From positions 1 through 60,023 of IMG/VR virus record IMGVR_UViG_3300025280_000036: a stretch of 60,023 nt of DNA, one strand, 5' to 3'. The notes beneath the pieces are model-generated. The model was given only the letters and a program-made list of their open reading frames with translations. It was not told the origin of the DNA and searched no databases. This stretch comes from a virus (taxonomy: Duplodnaviria; Caudoviricetes). The position numbers and the translations under genes were made by a program. Shown one piece after another: positions 17,515 to 27,612 of the stretch. How positions within the stretch are numbered: position 1 is the stretch's first letter; every line of letters begins with the position of its first letter.

Positions 17515-17564
17515 CCTGACTGTCGCAATAATGCGGCAGACACTAGCCACGACAGGAGAAAGAC

Positions 17565-18122
17565 ATGGCTAACACGACCTTTAACGGACCGGTTCGTTCC
17601 GAAGGTGGTTTTGAGCAAATCAGCAAAACTGCCGGAACGGGTGCCATTACCACCAATCTGGATATCGATACCAGCGGTAATATCACCACCACGGGGTACG
17701 TTTCCTCTTACGCGAATGTAAGCAGCATCACGTCTGCGACCAAGAGCGTTGAATCGACGGATTCGGGCACGGTTTACACCCTGAACAGGGCTGCGGGTAT
17801 TGTGGTGACACTGCCTACGGCGGCTGCGGGGATCAACTACACCTTCATCGTCGGCACCACCTTCACGGGTGCGGGTCAGATCAACACGGATAACGCCAGT
17901 GATTTGTTCTCTGGGTTTGCAACGATCTTTGACCCGGCAACGGCCACCGACAACAACACCTTCATTCCTGATGCCAGTGATGACGACACCATTGATTTGG
18001 GTACGGCAGCACAGGGTTGGCTGGTTGGTGGTGTGATTCGCTTGGTTGCCACCAGTGCGGCGGTATGGCATTGCGAAGCGTTCCTTCATGGTGACGGTAC
18101 GTTAGCAACACCGTTCGAGTAA
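17565..18122 (+). CDS. Virion structural protein
   Basis: MANTTFNGPVRSEGGF N-terminus; TLPTAAAGINYTF. Confidence 0.7.
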   Translation: MANTTFNGPVRSEGGFEQISKTAGTGAITTNLDIDTSGNITTTGYVSSYANVSSITSATKSVESTDSGTVYTLNRAAGIVVTLPTAAAGINYTFIVGTTFTGAGQINTDNASDLFSGFATIFDPATATDNNTFIPDASDDDTIDLGTAAQGWLVGGVIRLVATSAAVWHCEAFLHGDGTLATPFE

Positions 18123-18140
18123 GCGGTGATTGAATTAACC

Positions 18141-18172
18141 GGGTGGGGGGTTCGCCCCTCCACTCTGTTATT
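18141..18172 (+). terminator. Terminator-like hairpin
   Basis: GGGTGGGGGG-TTCG-CCCCTCCACTC then TGTTATTT. Confidence 0.55.
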
Positions 18173-18190
18173 TAAGACAGGAGAAACGAG

Positions 18191-18598
18191 ATGGCAGATG
18201 CTGTAACCAGCCAAACCATTCAGGACGGTGCTCGGCATGTGGTGATGAGTTTCACCAACGTCAGTGATGGCACCGGAGAATCTGCGGTCAAAAAAGTGGA
18301 TGTCTCGGCGCTGGGGTCTGACCCTGTTACGGGTAGTGCTTGTAGTACCGTGGCTATTCAGTCCGTGTGGTTTTCAACTTTAGGCATGAGTGTCAAGCTG
18401 CTTTGGGATGCTGACACGGATGTGCTGGCTATGCACTTACCGGCGGATTACGCGGACACGCTCGACATGAGTGAGTTCAGCGGGTTGAACAACAACGCTG
18501 GCACGGGGGTGACGGGCGATATCATGTTCACCACGGTCGGACATACTTCCGGTGATGCGTACACCGTGGTTCTGAAGATGGTGAAGCATTATTCGTAG
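18191..18598 (+). CDS. Virion structural protein
   Basis: MADAVTSQTI...DGTGESAVKKVDVS. Confidence 0.7.
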   Translation: MADAVTSQTIQDGARHVVMSFTNVSDGTGESAVKKVDVSALGSDPVTGSACSTVAIQSVWFSTLGMSVKLLWDADTDVLAMHLPADYADTLDMSEFSGLNNNAGTGVTGDIMFTTVGHTSGDAYTVVLKMVKHYS

Positions 18599-18607
18599 GA
18601 GATAACC

Positions 18608-18874
18608 ATGAGTGGTCTTGAGATTTTCCAGAACGGGACTTCGCTGCATCCTGAGAGGATGGGAGAACCCGTCTACCAGATCGGCACAAAGAACGTGGAC
18701 GGTGGGTACGATGCGGTTGTTTTCGATGCGATGACCAAGAAAGAGGCGCAGGCACGTTTGTCTGACATGCAGCCAAAAGCTCCGAAAGCGAAGCCAGCAG
18801 TAAAGAAAACACCGGCTGTTAAAAAGGTAGCCAAAAAAGCTAAAGCGAAGAAAAAACCATCTAGGAAGCGTTAA
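18608..18874 (+). CDS. Hypothetical protein with a Lys/Ala-rich histone-like tail
   Basis: KAPKAKPAVKKTPAVKK...; AGGAG RBS. Confidence 0.7.
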   Translation: MSGLEIFQNGTSLHPERMGEPVYQIGTKNVDGGYDAVVFDAMTKKEAQARLSDMQPKAPKAKPAVKKTPAVKKVAKKAKAKKKPSRKR

Positions 18875-19569
18875 TGGCAACCAGCGGTACTTATGCCTTT
18901 ACCCTCGATCTGGCGGATATGATCGAGGAATCGTTCGAGCGCGCCGGGTTGGAGCTTCGCAGCGGTTACGATTACCGGACAGCCAGAAGAAGCATTGACT
19001 TGTTAATGCTTGAATGGCAGAACCGGGGGCTGAACCTGTGGACCATACAGGAAGGCACCACGTCAATCACCGCAGGTACGGCCCGTTATGCGCTGTCCAG
19101 CGATATCATTGATATCATTGAAGCCTATATCCGTACCGATTCAGGTGATACCAGCAAGCAGTTCGACCAAGTGCTGACGCGGGTTTCGATCAGTCAACAC
19201 GCGCATTTATCCAATAAACTGACCGAAGCCAAGCCGTTGCAGTATTGGTTGGAGAAAGACCCCGGTGCTATTGCGGTCAATTTGTGGCCGGTGCCGGACA
19301 GTGCTGAAACCTACACGCTGGGCTACTACTACATGCAGCGGGTCGAGGATTCCGGGTCACCGGGGTCCAACAACATGGACGTGCCGTCACGGTACTTGCC
19401 GTGCTTGGTTTCCGGGCTGGCTTACCAGATCAGCCTGAAACGACCCGAAGCCTCCGAAAGAGCGCCCATGCTGAAATCGGAATACGAAGAGCAATGGAAT
19501 TTGGCGGCTGATGCTGACCGTGAAAAAGCTTCGTTTCGGGTGACACCGGGAGGGTATCGATTCACATGA
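18874..19569 (+). CDS. Head-tail adaptor / tail tubular protein
   Basis: IEESFERAG...ARRSIDLL...WQNRGLNLW...LWPVPD. Confidence 0.7.
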   Translation: MATSGTYAFTLDLADMIEESFERAGLELRSGYDYRTARRSIDLLMLEWQNRGLNLWTIQEGTTSITAGTARYALSSDIIDIIEAYIRTDSGDTSKQFDQVLTRVSISQHAHLSNKLTEAKPLQYWLEKDPGAIAVNLWPVPDSAETYTLGYYYMQRVEDSGSPGSNNMDVPSRYLPCLVSGLAYQISLKRPEASERAPMLKSEYEEQWNLAADADREKASFRVTPGGYRFT

Positions 19570-19907
19570 GTTATGCCGACGGTAAATATGCGTTTGGTTA
19601 TTGCGACCGCACCGGGTTTCGCTACAAGTTGAAAGACATGGTGGAGCAGTATGAAGGTGGTCGCCCCACGGGTTTGCGTGTGGGCAAGGACGTGATGGAC
19701 AAAGATCAGCCACAGCTTCAGTTGGGGCTTATCAACAAATCTGATCCGCAATCGTTGCGACATCCACGACCGGAATCGACTCTGGACGAAAGCCGCAGGC
19801 TGTATGCTTGGAACCCGATTGGCGGTGGTGACACCGCTATGGGCAGTCGCACGGTGGGTCTGACGATGCACGGTGAAGTTGGCAGGTTGACGGTGAGCAC
19901 AGGCTGA
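19566..19907 (+). CDS. Conserved structural-module protein
   Basis: CDRTGFRY...DPQSLRHPRP. Confidence 0.7.
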   Translation: MSYADGKYAFGYCDRTGFRYKLKDMVEQYEGGRPTGLRVGKDVMDKDQPQLQLGLINKSDPQSLRHPRPESTLDESRRLYAWNPIGGGDTAMGSRTVGLTMHGEVGRLTVSTG

Positions 19908-20548
19908 TGGCTTGGACTTACACAACTTTGAAGTCGGCTATTCAGGATTATCTGGAAACAACCGAGACCACGTTTGTTAACGATCTCGGCACGATCATCG
20001 CTATGGCAGAGAACCGTATTCTTAAAACGGTGCAACTGCCTGATTTTCGCAAGAACACCACGGGCACGATGACTTCCGGCAATGCTTATCTGGCAACGCC
20101 GAGTGATTTTCTGGCCCCATACAGCTTGGCATTGGACAACAGCGGTTATGAATACCTAATTTTTAAAGACGTGAACTTTATTCGGGCTGCTTATCCGGTG
20201 TCATCCACTACAGGGGTACCGAAGTATTACGGTATTTTTGATGACGATGCGTTCATTCTAGGTCCGACGCCGGGTAGCGGCTACACGGCTGAACTGCATT
20301 ATTTCTATAAACCCGAATCGATCACGGCGGCCAGCAGCGGTACCAGTTGGCTCGGTGATAACGCCGAACTGGCGTTGCTGTATGCCTCTTTGGTTGAATC
20401 GTATGGCTTCTTGAAAGGTGAGGCCGAACTGATGCAGATGTATGAAGGCCGTTATCAGGAAGCGGTGGGGCAACTGAAGGCGCTGGCGGAAGGCTACAAC
20501 ACCACCGACAGCTACCGGGGAGGCGCTGTAAGGGCGATGCGGGCTTGA
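19907..20548 (+). CDS. Adaptor / tail tubular-like protein
   Basis: TYTTLKSAIQDY...GVPKYY...LGPTP...ELHYF. Confidence 0.7.
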   Translation: MAWTYTTLKSAIQDYLETTETTFVNDLGTIIAMAENRILKTVQLPDFRKNTTGTMTSGNAYLATPSDFLAPYSLALDNSGYEYLIFKDVNFIRAAYPVSSTTGVPKYYGIFDDDAFILGPTPGSGYTAELHYFYKPESITAASSGTSWLGDNAELALLYASLVESYGFLKGEAELMQMYEGRYQEAVGQLKALAEGYNTTDSYRGGAVRAMRA

Positions 20549-21285
20549 TGGCTAGAGAACTCAATCATGTGGCGTTGCTTGGCTTGGGTCACAGCCAGTT
20601 GGATTACCACCTGTCGATTACGCACAGTGAAGAATACGACGAGGTGTGGGCGGTGAACTCGATGTGTGCGGTGGTCAACGCCGACCGGGTGTTTATGATG
20701 GACCCTGCTTCGCGTTTTTTCGATACCGAGGATGCCGGGGGCCAGACCGAAGTGATGCGCAAGACCTTGCCGAAGCTGACCTGCCCGGTGTATTCATGCG
20801 AACTGGACGAACGGGTTCCGGCGATAGAACTGTATCCGCTGGAAGAGATCGTTACGGATCTTGGCTGTGGCTATTTCAACAACACCATTTCCTACGCGCT
20901 GGCGTTTGCGATGTGGAAGCAGGTTAAGCGGTTGAGTGTTTTTGGCGCGGATTTCACCTACACCACCAACATGCACTTTGGAGAATTGGGACGAGCCTGC
21001 TGTGAGTTTTGGCTGGCGCGTTGCATGATGACCGGCATGGAAGTTGGCGTGGCCCCAAGTTCGCCGTTGCTGGATACCAATATTCCAGAAAAGAAACGTT
21101 TGTACGGGTATCATCGGATGGAGAATCCGCCGGTTGTGTATGCTGAAGACGGCAATCTGAAGATCACGCAATTCTCAAACATCGAGCAGGAAGATGGCGT
21201 GGTGGTGTCCATTCATGGGCGTGAAGACGATATGAAGCCAGCTAAACAAGCGGGGTTACGACCGGTGGAACCGGCGAGTTACTGA
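20548..21285 (+). CDS. Hypothetical protein, possibly a Maf/sialyltransferase-like Rossmann fold
   Basis: VALLGLGHS...EVWAVN...DRVFMMD...NTISYALAFA...SVFGADF. Confidence 0.55.
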   Translation: MARELNHVALLGLGHSQLDYHLSITHSEEYDEVWAVNSMCAVVNADRVFMMDPASRFFDTEDAGGQTEVMRKTLPKLTCPVYSCELDERVPAIELYPLEEIVTDLGCGYFNNTISYALAFAMWKQVKRLSVFGADFTYTTNMHFGELGRACCEFWLARCMMTGMEVGVAPSSPLLDTNIPEKKRLYGYHRMENPPVVYAEDGNLKITQFSNIEQEDGVVVSIHGREDDMKPAKQAGLRPVEPASY

Positions 21286-21575
21286 TGTTACAGGTTGAAT
21301 TAGACACATCGGTGGGTAATTTGGGTGTCGAGACAACCCATTACCGCGGACACACCCCGGAAGAATGGGCGCGCATGGCGGCCAACAGGATTGTGAGTAT
21401 CAGCAACACGGCTCCCGAGCCTATTAAGCAGCAGGCGCATGTGTTTAAGCAGCAGGTGGAAGCGGTACTGTCGGATTACATGCACAAGGCGATTGAATCC
21501 CATATCTGCACGGTGGGAAATTTATTGGAACAGCAAGGCCACAGCGATCTGGCCGCGATAATCAGGAGACTGTAA
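21285..21575 (+). CDS. Hypothetical protein
   Basis: Translationally coupled on both sides. Confidence 0.7.
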   Translation: MLQVELDTSVGNLGVETTHYRGHTPEEWARMAANRIVSISNTAPEPIKQQAHVFKQQVEAVLSDYMHKAIESHICTVGNLLEQQGHSDLAAIIRRL

Positions 21576-22006
21576 TGGCAATCACCCAAGCAATGTGTAC
21601 GTCTTTCAAGAAAGAACTCATGGAAGCGAAGCACAATTTTTTACTCTCAGGGGGTAATACATTCAATCTGGCGCTGTACACCAGTTCAGCCACGATGAGT
21701 GCTGCCACCACGGCGTATACCACCTCTCAAGAAGCGACGGGTACGAATTATACGGCCAAGGGTGCTTCCCTGACTCGGATAGACCCCACCACGTCTGGCA
21801 CCACGGCGTTTACGGACTTTGCCGATTTAACTTTCGGTACCTGCACGATCACGGCGCGAGGCTGCATGATCTTTAACGATTCAGCATCGGGCGATCCGGC
21901 GGTGGCGGTGTTTGATTTTGGCGGTAACAAGACTTCTACCGCAGGCAGTTTTACGATCACGTTCCCAACGGCGGACGCCAGTAACGCGGTGATCCGCATA
22001 GCGTAG
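21575..22006 (+). CDS. Virion structural (tail) protein
   Basis: MAITQAMCTSFKKEL...FNLALYTS...DFGGNKTST. Confidence 0.75.
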   Translation: MAITQAMCTSFKKELMEAKHNFLLSGGNTFNLALYTSSATMSAATTAYTTSQEATGTNYTAKGASLTRIDPTTSGTTAFTDFADLTFGTCTITARGCMIFNDSASGDPAVAVFDFGGNKTSTAGSFTITFPTADASNAVIRIA

Positions 22007-22016
22007 TGAGAGTGAT

Positions 22017-22781
22017 GTGGCAAATATTACAGGTTGGGGCCGGAGTACATGGGGATCGCTCACTTGGGGTGAGCCGGTTCCTGTCGAACTTACCGGTCTT
22101 GCCGGTACGTCGGCGCTTGGTTCGGTTAGTGTCAGTGCTGCGGCGAATGTCGCTGTCACGGGCCTTGCAGGTACCGGCGCTGTCGGTACGTTGGTTGCCA
22201 CAGGTGTTGCCAATGTTGCGGTTACGGGGTTGGCAGGTACGGGCGCGGTTAGCTCACTTAGTATCGCTGCTGCGGCCAATGTTGCGGTCACGGGCCTTGC
22301 GGGCACGGGTGCTGTTGGCACGTTACTGGCAGCGGGCTATGCGATTACCGGCGTCAGCGGTACGGCATCTACGGTTGGGTTGGGCGATGAAACGGTTACC
22401 GGTGACGCGAATGTCTACCCGACAGGGGTGGCAGGCACTTCGGCGTTGGGCAGCATCACGCTCATCACCAATAACATCATCAGCCTTACTGATCTGGGAG
22501 CGGCTACAGGTAGCTTGGGGTCGGTTACGGCTTCTGGTGCTTCAGGTATTACGCTTGAAGGTTTGGCAGGAACCGGTGAAATCACGCAGGTTCTGGTATG
22601 GGGGCTTGTGGACACGGATCAGACCCCGAATTGGGGTGCAATTTCGACAACACAAACACCAAGCTGGTCTGCTGTTTCGACCACTCAAGATCCTTCTTGG
22701 TCATCGGTGTCCACGTCACAAACACCTAGCTGGAGTTCGGTAGACAGTGATCAGACTCCTGAATGGAAAAAGGTAGCTTAA
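22017..22781 (+). CDS. Repeat-rich tail/fibre protein
   Basis: ANVAVTGLAGTGAV repeats; C-terminal 11-aa QTPSW repeats. Confidence 0.75.
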   Translation: MANITGWGRSTWGSLTWGEPVPVELTGLAGTSALGSVSVSAAANVAVTGLAGTGAVGTLVATGVANVAVTGLAGTGAVSSLSIAAAANVAVTGLAGTGAVGTLLAAGYAITGVSGTASTVGLGDETVTGDANVYPTGVAGTSALGSITLITNNIISLTDLGAATGSLGSVTASGASGITLEGLAGTGEITQVLVWGLVDTDQTPNWGAISTTQTPSWSAVSTTQDPSWSSVSTSQTPSWSSVDSDQTPEWKKVA

Positions 22782-22782
22782 A

Positions 22783-25700
22783 ATGGCAACTTATGTAAAC
22801 GATCTTAGATTAAAAGAAATCGCTACCGGCGATGAGTCAGGGACTTGGGGAGACAGCACCAACACCAACTTAGAGTTGATAGGCGAAGCCTTTGGTAGCG
22901 GTTCAGAAGGCATCACGGGAACGACGCACACGATCACGATAGCTGATGGAACGTCCGACGCGGCCCGAGCGATGGTCATGACTTTAACAGGGTCTACCAC
23001 TGCTCTTAACACCGTCACCCTCGCACCTAACACGGTGAATAAAGTCTGGGTTATCCAGAACTCGGCTGGTTACGCGGTTTCAATCAGCCAAGGCACGGGC
23101 GCTAATGTCGTGATCCCCAATGGCGGAATCAAGATGGTTGTGGCTGACGGTGCGGGCGCAGGCGCGGCGGTAACCGATGTGTTAGACCTCACGGGAGGTA
23201 CTGGAAACATTGGTTTAGGTAGTGGTTCTTTAGGCACGGCGTTAACGACCGGTACTGACAATGTAGCTATCGGTGAAGCGGCACTTGATGCAGCAACCAC
23301 GGGTTCCGACAACACCGCTGTGGGAGACAATGCCGGGGGCGCATTAACCACGGGCAGCAACAGCGTCGCTATTGGTTCTTCGGCTTTATTGGTAGCCACG
23401 ACCGCTGCCGATAACACGGCAGTCGGGACCGACACGCTTAAAGCCAATTCCACGGGAACCGATAACACGGCGGTGGGTTATGCAGCGGGTGATGCTGTAA
23501 CCACAGGATCGGATAATACTTTTGTCGGAGACAATGCCGGAGGGGCCGTTTCTACGGCTTCAGGCCATACGGCGGTGGGTTCTTCGGCATTGCTTACGAT
23601 GTCCACCGGTACAACCGGAACGGCGGTAGGCTTTGAGGCGCTCAAGGTAGCTACCGGGAATAACAACACAGCAGTTGGCTACCAAGCAGGTGTAGCCGTA
23701 AGCACTGCAGCTAATTGCACCATAATCGGTTCTGCAGCCGGGGATGCTTTGAGTACCGGGGCTAATAACACACTGGTTGGTAAAGACGCTGGAGGAGCCC
23801 TAACTACGGCTGCGGGCAATACGGCTATCGGGCAGGGCGCTTTAGTAACTTCAACCACGGGCCCAGAGCATGTTGCGATAGGTAAGGACGCTTTAAGTCT
23901 TATGGCGACCGGCGAGGCATGTGTAGCAGTCGGGAATGAGGCTTTGAAGGCGAATTTAGGCAGCAGCAATACTGCGGTTGGTTATCAAAGTATGGATGCC
24001 TGCACCACCGGAACGCAGTTGACGGCTGTTGGTCGGAATTCTTTAGGTGCTGTTACAACCGGATCAGGTCTTGTGGCTATGGGAATGTCTGCTTTGTCTA
24101 CGATAACCACCGGAACGAATGGAACGGCGGTAGGTTTTGAGGCACTGAAAGTTGCGACGGGTAATGACAATACAGCAGTAGGGTATCAGGCTGGGGTTGC
24201 GGTCAGTACAGGAACCGATAACACTCTATTTGGTAATGCCGCAGGCGATGCGAATACCACAGGTTCTGACAACACCTTCATAGGAGACAACGCAGGCGGA
24301 GCCAACACGACAGCAAGTAATAACACCGCTGTCGGGTCAAATGCTTTGCTTGCCAACACCACAGGTAATCATTTGGTCGCTGTTGGCGATGATTGTTTGG
24401 CATCGAACACGACCGGGGCCAGAAATACGGTAGTCGGCAGAAATGCAATGTATGCCAACACCACCGGAACCGGCAACACTGCGATAGGAAACAATGCATT
24501 AACCACAGCCACCGAAGCAGACGACAATGTTGCCATTGGCAGAAGTTCTTTAAATGCTCTTACCAGTGGAGTTGATAACACCGCAGTAGGTGCTTATTCA
24601 GGTGACGCTATAACCACCGGTAGCGACAACACCGCGATTGGTGACAATGCATTAGGTGCAGTAACAACTGGCAGCGATAACACGGCAGTAGGGTCATCTG
24701 CTTTATTGGCAAGTACGGGAGCAGGTAATACAGCGGTCGGGGCTTATGCCTTGGATGCCAACCAAGCCGATGATGTTACGGCTGTTGGTAAAAATGCCCT
24801 AACAGCCAATACGACAGGAACCAATAATGTCTCCGTGGGGGCTTATTCCGGGGAAGCTGTAACGACGGGGACTAATAATACTTTTATCGGAACGAAGGCT
24901 GGACGTGCTGTCACTACAGCATCAGGTCATACGGCAGTGGGTAATGCAGCATTGCTTACAATGACCACCGGAACGACAGGTACGGCGGTCGGCTTTGAAG
25001 CACTTAAAGTTGCGACGGGTAATGACAATACAGCAGTTGGCTATCAGGCTGGTGTGGCCATAACGACGGGAAATTACAATACCGCTTTAGGCCAAGGCGC
25101 TTTAAGTACAGCGACAACTGTAAATGCAAACACGGCTATTGGTAATGATGCGCTGAGAACGGCTGCCGGAGCATATAATACAGCGGTAGGTGCTTCTGCA
25201 GCGAATGCAATCACGACAGGAGCAAACAATGTTGCTATCGGCGCGAATGCGATGGATGCCGCGACCACCGGAGACTCAAATACGGCGGTTGGTTATCAGA
25301 GTTTGGACGCCAACACGACAGCCAGTAACAATACCGCTGTGGGTAAAGATTCTTTAGGAGCCGTAACGACCGGTACATCGAATGTTGGTCTAGGTCAGGC
25401 TACAGGACAAGCTTTAACAACCGGGGCTTATAACGTATTGATTGGCCAAGGTGTGAATGTTGATGGCTCGACTGCTGAAGGACAGATTGTCATTGGTCGA
25501 AATGTTGCGAGTGGCGGAAATGATAGTGTCCGGTTTGGGCAGGCTGGCAACACGCTGACTATAGCTTTGAACGGTTCAACAACGTCTTGGACGGCGGCTT
25601 CGGACGAACGGTTGAAAGAGAATATTGAACCTGCTGCGGCAGGGTTATCTTTTATCAACGATTTGCGGCCAGTTACATACAACTTCAGAAAGGCCAAGGA

Positions 25701-25968
25701 TGTGCCATCGGATTTTCCCGGTTATCAAGAAGGTTCTGATGAGCCATGTCTTGGACATGATTACGGGACAGTCAATCACGGGTTTGTCGCTCAAGAAGTT
25801 AAAGCAGTGATTGATAATCACCCGGAAGTAAAAGAAGGCTTTGATATGTGGAATACTGCGAGCGATGGGGTACAGCACATCGGAGATGGGGCTTTAGTTC
25901 CGATGTTGGTTAAAGCGGTTCAGGAGCTTTCAGCAAAGATTAAGAAACTTGAAGAGGAGGATGAATGA
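22783..25968 (+). CDS. Tail fibre with YadA-like 14-residue beta-roll repeats and a C-terminal S74 intramolecular chaperone
   Basis: Dozens of NTAVGxxAL...TTG repeats; SDERLKENI...LRPVTYNF...GFVAQEV...LVKAVQEL. Confidence 0.9.
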   Translation: MATYVNDLRLKEIATGDESGTWGDSTNTNLELIGEAFGSGSEGITGTTHTITIADGTSDAARAMVMTLTGSTTALNTVTLAPNTVNKVWVIQNSAGYAVSISQGTGANVVIPNGGIKMVVADGAGAGAAVTDVLDLTGGTGNIGLGSGSLGTALTTGTDNVAIGEAALDAATTGSDNTAVGDNAGGALTTGSNSVAIGSSALLVATTAADNTAVGTDTLKANSTGTDNTAVGYAAGDAVTTGSDNTFVGDNAGGAVSTASGHTAVGSSALLTMSTGTTGTAVGFEALKVATGNNNTAVGYQAGVAVSTAANCTIIGSAAGDALSTGANNTLVGKDAGGALTTAAGNTAIGQGALVTSTTGPEHVAIGKDALSLMATGEACVAVGNEALKANLGSSNTAVGYQSMDACTTGTQLTAVGRNSLGAVTTGSGLVAMGMSALSTITTGTNGTAVGFEALKVATGNDNTAVGYQAGVAVSTGTDNTLFGNAAGDANTTGSDNTFIGDNAGGANTTASNNTAVGSNALLANTTGNHLVAVGDDCLASNTTGARNTVVGRNAMYANTTGTGNTAIGNNALTTATEADDNVAIGRSSLNALTSGVDNTAVGAYSGDAITTGSDNTAIGDNALGAVTTGSDNTAVGSSALLASTGAGNTAVGAYALDANQADDVTAVGKNALTANTTGTNNVSVGAYSGEAVTTGTNNTFIGTKAGRAVTTASGHTAVGNAALLTMTTGTTGTAVGFEALKVATGNDNTAVGYQAGVAITTGNYNTALGQGALSTATTVNANTAIGNDALRTAAGAYNTAVGASAANAITTGANNVAIGANAMDAATTGDSNTAVGYQSLDANTTASNNTAVGKDSLGAVTTGTSNVGLGQATGQALTTGAYNVLIGQGVNVDGSTAEGQIVIGRNVASGGNDSVRFGQAGNTLTIALNGSTTSWTAASDERLKENIEPAAAGLSFINDLRPVTYNFRKAKDVPSDFPGYQEGSDEPCLGHDYGTVNHGFVAQEVKAVIDNHPEVKEGFDMWNTASDGVQHIGDGALVPMLVKAVQELSAKIKKLEEEDE

Positions 25969-26294
25969 TGGCTGTAACAAAGACGTTAAAGGCTATTCCG
26001 TACAGTAAGAGCAGCAAGGTTGAGAAATGGAATGTATCTGCGACTTACGAGAACGACAGCGAAGGCGATGCGACCTATTACACTTCCACTTTCTCAAAGA
26101 CCGTAGAAGCGACAGATTCTGATGGTACGGTGAACTTCGCCAAAAAAGCGAAAGGTTCATGGACGAAGAGCGAGATCGAGGCTTTAATGCCTATTTCGCA
26201 TTGGGATGAGGTGTTTGCCAGTCAGGTGGATTCGGTGATCACCAGTCCGGTGGTTCCGCCGACCGCTGATGAGAGCTTTTCGATCCCATCGTAA
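25968..26294 (+). CDS. Hypothetical protein (fibre-associated)
   Basis: Coupled to the fibre gene. Confidence 0.65.
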   Translation: MAVTKTLKAIPYSKSSKVEKWNVSATYENDSEGDATYYTSTFSKTVEATDSDGTVNFAKKAKGSWTKSEIEALMPISHWDEVFASQVDSVITSPVVPPTADESFSIPS

Positions 26295-27001
26295 TGGAGC
26301 AGAAATACGAATTACACACGCTGCCATCCGTGTTTCTTTTGGAGGCATGGATGCCAGACGGTATGGTCACGGGACTCAATGCCTATTTGGATGAGTTGAT
26401 GCAGGAGCAGGATCGAATCTCTCACGCAGGCACATTGGTTGGACAGATCGGTCACGGGCAGCAATTGACGATGGATCATACCGACGAGCGGTTGGCTGAT
26501 TTTTGTCAGATGTCGGCTATTTTGGCTATCGATTATCTAAAGCATTTCAATAGCATCACTGGCAATCAAGCGACCAGTGATCGTCAAATAGGTATCGACG
26601 AACTTTGGTCGGTGCATAGTTACGAACGTGACTATAACCCGATCCATGATCATGGCACCAAGACAATCACGGGGATTTCTACGACTTCGTGGACGAAGGT
26701 TCCACAGCAGATACTGGATCAGCCTACTGCTGGGAGTCCTGAGTATTCGCTGTATAACTCCAGCGGGAATGCCGATGGGTGCTTGGCTTTCAATTACGGG
26801 ATCAATTCCTTGATTGATGTGGAGCGGTTACGGCCTCCCCAGTCGTTCGTGATCAAGCCGGAAGTGGGTAAGTTCTTGATGTTTCCAAGCTGGCTTCAGC
26901 ACATGGTCTATCCGTTTGAAGGCGAAGGTGAGCGCCGCACGGTGGCGGCTAATCTGAACGTTTGGAATGTTCAAGACAGCGATAAGAAAACTGTTAATTA
27001 G
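26294..27001 (+). CDS. Putative 2OG-Fe(II) oxygenase
   Basis: YNPIHDH...FPSWLQHMVYPF...ERRTVAAN. Confidence 0.85.
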   Translation: MEQKYELHTLPSVFLLEAWMPDGMVTGLNAYLDELMQEQDRISHAGTLVGQIGHGQQLTMDHTDERLADFCQMSAILAIDYLKHFNSITGNQATSDRQIGIDELWSVHSYERDYNPIHDHGTKTITGISTTSWTKVPQQILDQPTAGSPEYSLYNSSGNADGCLAFNYGINSLIDVERLRPPQSFVIKPEVGKFLMFPSWLQHMVYPFEGEGERRTVAANLNVWNVQDSDKKTVN

Positions 27002-27010
27002 AGGTGAGCA

Positions 27011-27184
27011 ATGTTTGATTTAATCATTACTTTGGTATCGGTTGTCACGGGGATTGTATGTCTCGCCAGCTTTATTGCGGCTGTGACACCAACACCTAAA
27101 GATGACGTGTGGATTGGCAAATTGTATAAGCTGATCGATGTTTTAGCCCTGAACATTGGGAAGGCAAAAGAAAAGAGCGGTTAG
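27011..27184 (+). CDS. Small holin-like membrane protein (57 aa, not in the ORF track)
   Basis: MFDLIITLVSVVTGIVCLASFIAAVTPTPKDD...; GAGG RBS; first gene of the lysis block. Confidence 0.7.
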   Translation: MFDLIITLVSVVTGIVCLASFIAAVTPTPKDDVWIGKLYKLIDVLALNIGKAKEKSG

Positions 27185-27187
27185 AGA

Positions 27188-27610
27188 ATGGGATTCAAAT
27201 TGTCCATTGCGTTAGGAATTGCTTTGGTGATGCTGTCGGGAGGCTTCAAGCTCTACTACGACAAGTCAGAAGCTGAGAAGATGGCTATGGCAACGCAGTT
27301 GCAAACAGCGATGGACAATCAGTTACGCCTTGAGAACGCGGTTCAAACCCAGAACGAGCAGATCGAAAAAGCGGTTGAAAACAAGAAGACATCAGATGCT
27401 CGTATTGAATTATTGACGATGGCTAACAATCAGGCAACAGAAAAGATCGATGAATTACGCGAGAAATTCGCTCGTCACGATCTTGATATGTTGTCGTTGC
27501 GTAAGCCGGGATTGATTGAGAAAGTTGTCAATCGTGGTACGGCAGCCGTTTTCAAAGAGCTTGAAGATTTAACGAACCCGGATCAGTTTAATGCAGAAAC
27601 GGAAGGTTAA
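27188..27610 (+). CDS. Inner-membrane spanin (Rz-like)
   Basis: N-terminal TM followed by a coiled coil, next to a lipoprotein and lysozyme. Confidence 0.65.
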   Translation: MGFKLSIALGIALVMLSGGFKLYYDKSEAEKMAMATQLQTAMDNQLRLENAVQTQNEQIEKAVENKKTSDARIELLTMANNQATEKIDELREKFARHDLDMLSLRKPGLIEKVVNRGTAAVFKELEDLTNPDQFNAETEG

Positions 27611-27612
27611 AC

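Noticed and set aside
22006-22743. Long alternative-frame ORF over the 22017-22781 gene, and many antisense ORFs over the fibre, portal and terL
   Set aside because: Shadow ORFs from repetitive or GC-rich coding; no motifs or RBS
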